Shown here piece after piece: positions 55,942 through 64,000 of a stretch of 64,000 bases of DNA; the first letter of the stretch is position 1; each line of letters begins with the position of its first letter. Source of the stretch: Chrysomallon squamiferum (lineage: Eukaryota; Animalia; Mollusca); NCBI GenBank assembly GCA_012295275.1, contig CM022677.1:1116001-1180000 (forward strand), given 5' to 3'. Position numbers and translations under genes: made by a program. The notes below the pieces were generated by a model. The model made no database searches. It worked only from the letters and a program-made list of their open reading frames with translations, and was not told the DNA's origin.

Positions 55942-56242
55942 TAATGAGGGGAAATGTTTCAGAAGACGGCGGCATCAGGTCGAGGATGATGAGCTGAAAC
56001 ACCGACAGCGACAGAATGATCATTACCTGCAGACTGACCTTCTCTCCTGACTCTACCGGAAGTACAAATCCAGCGGCTGCGATGCACGACATAAGGACAG
56101 ACGGAAAGATGAGATTTATGATGTAAAAGAGAGGTTTTCTTCTCATATGTAAAGTATAAATCAATGAAGGATACGGCACGCCAGCATACAGCGGAGAAAC
56201 TCGCCTTGATGAAAAATTTAAAATACTCCATTCAACATTTTC
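55942..56242 (-). CDS. nAChR-like subunit exon 6 (loop C, M1, M2)
   Basis: ENVEWSIL...YPSLIYTLHMRRKPLFYIINLIFP...LPVESGEKVSL...MPPSSETFPLI|GTGAGT. Confidence 0.95.
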
Positions 56243-56456
56243 CTGTGAACAAAAAGAGATAAATTGTTCTCTTTTATTATTCTTTTTTTCTTATCCACTC
56301 TATATTCACTGAATACTCATACATACAGACATAGTCGTGCTAGACAGATAGTCAGAAAGGTCAGTTGGTAGAAACACGTGCACCTAAAGATGGGTAAGCA
56401 GAATTAAAACTGAATAAATAAATAAATAAATAAAATAATAAATAAATACTTTCTAC

Positions 56457-56685
56457 CTTGTAATTTTCCATTTTGACACCATCACTCATGCTGTGGATGT
56501 CTACATCGAAGCCGTTGTAAGCCCACGAGCCGAACGTCAGATTGCAGGTCTGCGCGTCAAAGGGAAAGTAAGTGGTGTCTATAAGGCACAAACTAGTCAG
56601 GTGTTCTGGGAACTGCAGTTTGACGTCGCCAGTTGACGTTACTGACACTCGGTAACTGGACATGCTTGATGTCGTTTTGACTGCA
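56457..56685 (-). CDS. nAChR-like subunit exon 5 (Cys-loop, loop B)
   Basis: CLIDTTYFPFDAQTC followed by FGSWAY. Confidence 0.96.
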
Positions 56686-56692
56686 CTGATAA

Positions 56693-56732
<40 letters not shown>

Positions 56733-56770
56733 TAAACTTTCAGAAAGAGCTGAAAAGAGATGCAAAAGTT

Positions 56771-56858
<88 letters not shown>

Positions 56859-56896
56859 CTCTATCTATTCACAACTTTATAAACGTCATTACTTAC

Positions 56897-57006
56897 TTAT
56901 CATAAAGAGTGAGATCTGGCGTCCAGATTAACGTTGAAGGTAAAATTATTTTCTTTATGCCTGCGAAATCGCTGGAATTCCACGTTAGACGTATATCGGA
57001 CCAGTA
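56897..57006 (-). CDS. nAChR-like subunit exon 4 (110 nt, loop A)
   Basis: YWSDIRLTWNSSDFAGI...IWTPDLTLYD(N)|GTAAGT. Confidence 0.95.
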
Positions 57007-57174
57007 CTGGAATAAAATACAAATATTACTGAAACAGATACAGTAAAACACATACATCTCTAAACCACATACTAACATTACTTTTAACACAAACAAATAA
57101 AATACATATACATTTAGGGAATATACACTACTCTAAATCAGATACATATCTCAAACATTTGTTTTAATACTTAC

Positions 57175-57219
57175 CATTCGTATCCATACATTTATGCTTA
57201 ATGTTTGTTTCGGTTCATC
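57175..57219 (-). CDS. nAChR-like subunit exon 3 (45 nt, loop D)
   Basis: ttccag|DEPKQTLSINVWIRM|GTAAGT, the typical 45-nt nAChR exon. Confidence 0.93.
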
Positions 57220-57252
57220 CTGGAAGTAAAAACGTATTTTTAAAATTATTTA

Positions 57253-57446
<194 letters not shown>

Positions 57447-57818
57447 AATTTATATCCTAATACTCGTAAACAGGATAGATTAAATTTATTTTCTCGATAA
57501 AGGAAATAATCATAAAATAATAAAAATGAAGTGTTATGAAAAGAAAACTATTTGGTTTGTTTCGATTGTATTGTTCACATATTAAATGCACACTGGCAAC
57601 AGATGTCAGGATTATGTTCTGTTTGTTTCTGACAAATATATTAGTTATCACGGTTGACAGGACTTCTGTTTCTTGCATAAAAGAATAACAACACAAACAA
57701 AGGTATTCGTGAGTAAATTGAAACCAATTAGTCGCGTTTCCACGGCAGTGAAAATAGGACCAGTAGCACAATTTGTACTCCACTGTCACAACATTTAGAT
57801 AAGTGAAATAAATAAATT

Positions 57819-57890
57819 ATAACTAACAAATACTAAATCTCTAGCAATAATCAGATAACTAACAAATACTAAATCTCTAGCAATAATCAG
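57819..57890. repeat. Perfect 36-bp tandem duplication
   Basis: ATAACTAACAAATACTAAATCTCTAGCAATAATCAG occurs twice, just inside receptor intron 2. Confidence 0.9.
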
Positions 57891-57901
57891 ACTATTATTA
57901 C

Positions 57902-58050
57902 CAGTTCTATAATTTGTCGAAGAGACAAGTCGAATTTGAGCTCAACGGGGCTCGGTGGATGGCTGTATGGACGTATTTCTTTATGATAGCCTGCCAGTAC
58001 GTATCTCATTATTTGATCAGATAAGTATGTTCCATTGTTCTCGAGAGCAT
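57902..58050 (-). CDS. nAChR-like subunit exon 2
   Basis: Reads ...GYHKEIRP...VELKFDLSLRQIIEL|GTAATA. Confidence 0.92.
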
Positions 58051-58089
58051 CTGTAAATAAATTATCAACCTCTTTAGAATATAGTTACT

Positions 58090-58092
<3 letters not shown>

Positions 58093-58148
<56 letters not shown>

Positions 58149-58217
58149 ACTCTCACATACGAATTCTCAAACACAGCTACAAAAACACAAACACACACAC
58201 ATACACACCCAAACTCA

Positions 58218-58262
<45 letters not shown>
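58093..58262. repeat. (CA)n tracts in receptor intron 1
   Basis: Directly visible in the sequence. Confidence 0.95.
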
Positions 58263-58264
<2 letters not shown>

Positions 58265-59140
58265 ACTGTATATCTCTCCATTCTTTTCAGATCTGACAAT
58301 ACAAACTGGTCTCACTGATAATATCTTGTCATAAATTGTCCGAGATACACGGACATGAAAACCTGGAATGACAGAATAATAGGCTGGCTCCTGAAACTCG
58401 ACTCTGTTTAATTATTGACACTTCCACAGATTACGACTAGAAGTTAATTGTAGCATGGATGTTTTATTCTTTTTTTGGTACGTTTAATATTCATAATGCA
58501 ATTATATCTGTTATTATTATTACTGTTGTTGTTGATGTTAATATTATTATTATTGCTAATGTCTGCTTTAATTCACTAAAATACCACGATTGTATTGCCA
58601 ATGTCTGCTCCATTAATAGGTTCAAAATCAAACTATATAAATTATGTGATATATTATCTAGACCTTTTTACACTAAAATGAGATAAAATTGTTTTATTTT
58701 CGTAACTGTAAATTCCCCCGCCATATTTTCTTTCTTCAGTGAACACATAGGACATTTACTAGCTGTAAGTAGCGCTTTTCTTAAGTTACCTTTCACGCCA
58801 GTATTTCTAGCTTAAATAGTAGAGCGAATTCAATGACAGAGCATTCTCAATCCAACACTGACCACAATTAACTCTCTATAAGTCTACATGTAAATAATTT
58901 AGTTAAATAATCTCAGTGTTGATTTAACCAAAAAATTCAGAGACAGTTACTTGCAGAAAGTTATAAATAAATGTTTTCAGTAAATGAAGATGATGATAAT
59001 AATAAAATATATTCTTCCACTTCATTTTGTATTTCTGTCCGTCTGTCAACCATCTCATTCATTCATACAAACACATAGACATACTCACCTATCTGTCAGT
59101 CAGTCGGTCAGGTAAACTGCATACAACATAAACAACATAC

Positions 59141-59216
59141 CTGCATTAATCACTGTATGCTGTACAAACCAGGTAATGTACAACGTCGTCAGAAACAGAA
59201 CTAAACCAGAATCCAT
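59141..59216 (-). CDS. nAChR-like subunit exon 1 (signal peptide); assembled protein 461 aa, non-alpha
   Basis: MDSGLVLFLTTLYITWFVQHTVINA-G|GTATGT; phase 1 fits exon 2. Confidence 0.8.
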
Positions 59217-60074
59217 GTATTCGACGTTGACGAGGTTGTTTCTATCAGCATCAACACGACAGGGGTTGTGCTAGAACTGGTTGTTGCGAACGACTGTATC
59301 TACAGGTCGATAAGACTTTGTAATAATCGATTATCACAGGTGTTTCATTTCACACACTCACAACACTATTCCATACAGTGTTACCAAGAATGACATCCAT
59401 CTTCATGTCGAAATAAAAGAATTGGATTTATTTTCTTCTGTTTATTCAGTGAGTATGGAAGAGAAGAATTATACAATTGTACAGCATAAAATATACATGC
59501 ATACAAACACGTTTATATTTTAAAAAGTATTTAATTTTTAATATATTACAACGTGATAGTGTTCATGCTTTATAATAGTGTTTTGTTTTATATCTGATTA
59601 ATTATTTTATTTTATTTTATTTTAATTTTATTTATTTAATTATTATTGTTTTCTTTGTTTATTTCCTTTCATATTAGGCTTTAATACTGCACACTTCCTA
59701 GTGTTTCTTCACTCAAAAATAACTCTGCTCATCGTGAAATATGGAAGTTCTGATTTTATAATTCGAGAGGTACATAATAATCATAACAACAATTCACGAT
59801 TCGTATTATTTCAGAGTGCTTCATTTTCTGTATAACCGTGATAATTTCAAGTTGTGAGCTGAATTGTTTACCTATTTCAAAACATGTCAGTAAAACCTTT
59901 CTTCTTTTGTCTGTCGTGTAAATAAAACTGTCAAATTAAATATGAATAATTTATCGCAGCTTGCACTATAACAACAACAATAATAGTTATTCCCTTTACC
60001 ATTTAAGCAAAAATAGTGGCGGGAAAGCTAACTTTAAACACAATGTGAGATCTGAGTGTATTAAAGTAAACATC

Positions 60075-60124
<50 letters not shown>

Positions 60125-63100
60125 CAATAATAACAGTATTATACATTTAAAAAGTGGACTGTAGGAGTTTAATGAAAGTAGAACGGAAATAAGTAGACTA
60201 AGCAAATTAAAAAACAAAACAAAAAACAAAGAAAGAAATCAAAACGAAATTGGAGAGGTTACATCAAAAAACATCAAAAAATATGAATTTTAAAGGAAAT
60301 AATGTAATACAAATATAAACAAACAAAAAGAAACCAACAAAAAACAACAACCAATATTAAAATTTTGTAAAATTATCACTAATTTTTTTTTTTTATATTA
60401 TTATATACTATTATTATAATTATTTTTTTTTTTTTTTTGTTTTTTTTATTTATTATTTTCTATATATATATTTTTTACTTTAAATTCTGTTATATCCAAT
60501 TCTTTTTGCCATCGACGTTTTACCAAAGTATTCATCATACAGTCTTATAGATTAAGGGCAAGACGACTACAAATAGTACAATATTTAATTTGGGTACTAA
60601 AAAAAAGTGAGTAGAATGTTGACTTAAAAATACGTTAATCCTGCAGATGTAATTAATGAATGAAGTCTGAACAGATTATGTCGTCACAAGGACAAATATG
60701 ATCTTAACACTGAATTAAGTTAAAATGTTCATATTTCTTTTTTAGGTTTTATGTCTTGAGCAATATTAGTAATAAAAAAGGGACACATTTCATTCGTTTC
60801 AACATCGTTACACATTTGTGTGCAGCAGCATTTATTTTTAAAGCAAACAGAAATTTAAAAATTACAAACGCAATATGTTTTGTCTGTGCTCGAGCATAAA
60901 TTATTATAATAAGTAAACTGACGTTTAAAACGTTACATAAATTATGATAATGCACACTAAGACGCCAAGAAACCTTATCTCAGCCGACATTGTGGAAAAA
61001 GTTTTCAAACTCAACGTTGCCAGCCTGATGGATTGCAACAACAGTGAAGAAATATTTCGAGCAAAAAAAAAACCAAACACACACACACACACACTATATA
61101 TATATATGTATATATAATGCAACAACTATAGAGTCAGGATATGATGACTAGATAAATGTTTGGAACGGAAATATTTTTACTTCGGAAGCTTGTTATCTAT
61201 ATGTATATTTTTCTAATTTACTTCTTTAGTGTTAAATTGCTGGTTTAGAGCTCGAAATATCACTTAGAAAACAGTTTTCATTTAAAAACTAATAAATTTA
61301 TCATTATTTGTTTTTTCATTCTTAATGTTTAAAATGTTTCGTTCATTCATACTTGGTGTTCTGTAACGATTCATTTTAACTTACACCATGCCACTATGAC
61401 ATTATTTACAATCCATTTCATTGTTTGGTTAGCAGTTGAACCATTTCGCTCAACCAAGTATGAAGATGGGAAAGTAGCAGCTGTAATTGTATTTTATAAC
61501 ATTTTGACATGTTGCTGAAATCATGCTGCAACGTTATATCACAAGTATATTAGCTCATCAAATAACTTTGAATGTGCATTATTTCCCTCAACCAGGAATA
61601 GATTTATAGTCCAAGAAGGTACTTTCTGTTTTTGAATTGGCAGTTTAGTTTAAAAAGACAATTTTACTATTTTAATTTCGTTTCACTGGTTTCCTAATAT
61701 TGAATAGTACATTAAAACTATGCTTTTACTACTGTGTTTGTGTAGAAAAGTTATTTTGGACAACTGTCACTGTAATCGTGACACTTGAATATCCTTCAGT
61801 TTCTTCTACAAGAGACAACTTTCCTCATATCAGTTGCGCCTGGTACAAAAGGTATGACTAGCTTTCACGCTTCAGTGTGTCTGGATGTGAGTCTGTGACA
61901 AAACTGTCAAAAGACGCCTTCAAGGGTGGCAGCCAACGAGCCCAACTCCTAAAGAAGCAAGTCACAGACAACCAGTACTAAAACAGTGTTAAAATATATT
62001 AGTCAAACTAGCATGCATTGTCTTGTCATATTTCTTTTTAGCATTCCCAACCCCTTTGGTCAGCCGTAGCAGCTCAATTTGTGTATCTGTCTGCCTGTGT
62101 GTAAATATAAATAAAGTGGAAGTGCAGAAAAAACACATTTTATTTTATGATTTATTAGTATTTAGTTTATTAACGGATTTACATATGCATTGTGAAGAAC
62201 CGAGCTAGAACTTCAGAGTGCAAAGACAATGTTTATAATAATTTTCTTATCTTAACATATAAGGATGCATATTTTTGAATGAAGAAGATGTAAGATTGTT
62301 ATTTTCAGTGTAATGTTTTATTTTTTAGGGTGTGGTTATAAGGGAATAAAATGAAAACAACACTTTCATACTGCATTTCTGCTGTTCTTTAAACAATACA
62401 CTTAGCTTCTTCAGAAAAACATCTAAAATTCTTCAAGTTTTCATGACTTAATGAAACTCATAGATCGTTAGCATCTTCCCTTCCACAGACATCTTTATAA
62501 TACGGACTGGAGGGAAACTGGAAGAAGTTCATCCATGAAAAATTTGTTCCTTACTCCATTCTGTGTAATAGGTCAACCAAGAGCATCACGTCACTTGAAA
62601 TACACTGTTATGAATATGCTATTACTTCCGCTGTAAAGAAATTTGCAGGTATTGGTGTAAAATATCTCAATGAAATCATCAAACACAAATATATCTTCAG
62701 ATGAAATCTGGAACTCAAATACCAATTCACTAAAACAGTCAAACTCGAAGCATAGTAATCCTGTCTGTATTTACTACAAACAAACAAATTATTTATTTAT
62801 TTATTATTATTATTATTATCATAATTATCATTATTATTATTATTATTTAGGTTACTTATATATATATTTATTTATTTATTTATTATTAGTTGTTGTCTAG
62901 ATTGTGTATCAAATTTGTTTCTAGGAGCAATCCCAATAAAACAGTAAAAGAAAATAACAGAAGCAAAAGTAGTAGAGATAAGCACATATATAATTATTTA
63001 CATATAATAAGAATATATAAGTTCATAAAAAACACATAAATAAATAAATCATCATCATCATCATTGTACAGTCATAGTGCCCCTTCCTGAGCTGCTTGGA

Positions 63101-63574
63101 ATAACAGCAAACTGTGATAAGAAAACTTCATCTTCAAACAAAACCTTTTGTGGGAATATGAATGTTCAAATTGATATAAACCTGTCTCTTGTCCATGGCA
63201 GAGTTCTCTTGTTTTCTCTGATTAGTTAATAGTCAATAATTAAACTGTGACCATGTGATACTAATAAATAAATAAATAAATAAACAATTTATCTCCTTTA
63301 GGTATTTTATCTGCTTCCCTCATTTCCAAAATGCTGCAGTGTGATGGTTACTTATTCAAAGGCACAGCTCAGTCTAGAAACATCACTGGCCAGATTAGTT
63401 GTGTTTTTTTATTTTGGGTTTTTTGAGACCCTTGTGAACAGAAAGATCATCTGAAAAAAAATGCACCACTTGCCTGTGTCTATATTTGATGTTATTAATC
63501 AGGATTGCTGTGACATTGCTCAGTGCTTCCCTTTCAGACTCCTAATTACAATGGTATTTACCTGTTGGAATATA

Positions 63575-63747
63575 CAGGGTGTCCCAGAAGTCACGCACCA
63601 TGAAGATTTTTATTTAGATACACATAAATTAGTAGTATTTATCTGTTTTATAAAGAGAAAATATATCTGAGTCTTTTGTTATGATTATTATTAATAAAAA
63701 TTTTATTCATATGTATCTAAATAAAAATCTTCATCTGGGACACCCTG
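63575..63747. mobile_element. Tc1/mariner-type MITE (~173 bp foldback)
   Basis: TIRs CAGGGTGTCCCAGA (63575) and TCTGGGACACCCTG (63747), plus an internal inverted repeat ATGAAGATTTTTATTTAGATACA / TGTATCTAAATAAAAATCTTCAT. TA flanks the left end only. Confidence 0.75.
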
Positions 63748-64000
63748 ATTGAATTTTGAATTTGTATCCTAGCAACTCCATTTTTGGTTGTTTCCTCAGC
63801 AATCCATCTGTATAAATGTGTTGATTTATCTTGAGAAGAGATTTTGTGCATATACTCTAGGTAAGAGCTCTTCTTTCCAAATTTGTCTGGATTCTCTTTT
63901 TCAGAATTCCTAACACAGACTCATGTATGTCTGGAAAGTTGCTCCTCTTCCATGCAGAATTCTGCTTTTGTTGGGATTTTCTTCATCTTATGATCTATGA

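Overview
This is AT-rich, microsatellite-dense eukaryotic genomic DNA with spliceosomal introns. It is probably an invertebrate, most likely a mollusc or other lophotrochozoan; the organism is inferred from composition and gene style only. Five protein-coding genes were assembled by hand from GT-AG junctions. (1) The 3' part of an ARID3/dead ringer transcription factor (+): exon tail at 1-11, a ~30.5 kb intron splitting the ARID domain, then four exons ending at 38540. (2) A Lines/LINS1 homolog (-, 46257-40703), convergent with ARID3 and carrying two paired frame disruptions. (3) LSM6 (-, 47858-46733). (4) An ankyrin-repeat/SOCS-box (ASB) gene with one coding exon (-, 50844-50014). (5) An intact 8-exon divergent non-alpha nicotinic acetylcholine receptor-like subunit (-, 59216-53908). 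Also present are a 7-copy tandem repeat that multiplies an ARID3 splice donor, a degenerate minisatellite, a Tc1/mariner-type MITE and many SSRs. The most notable observations are: LINS has no visible promoter of its own (its first visible exon starts with a splice acceptor ~45 nt after LSM6's poly(A) signal, suggesting a shared first exon or operon-like unit); the amplified splice-donor array; the frame-restoring frameshift pairs confined to LINS; and the unusual pore and loop C of the receptor. Most short ORFs in the supplied track are spurious.
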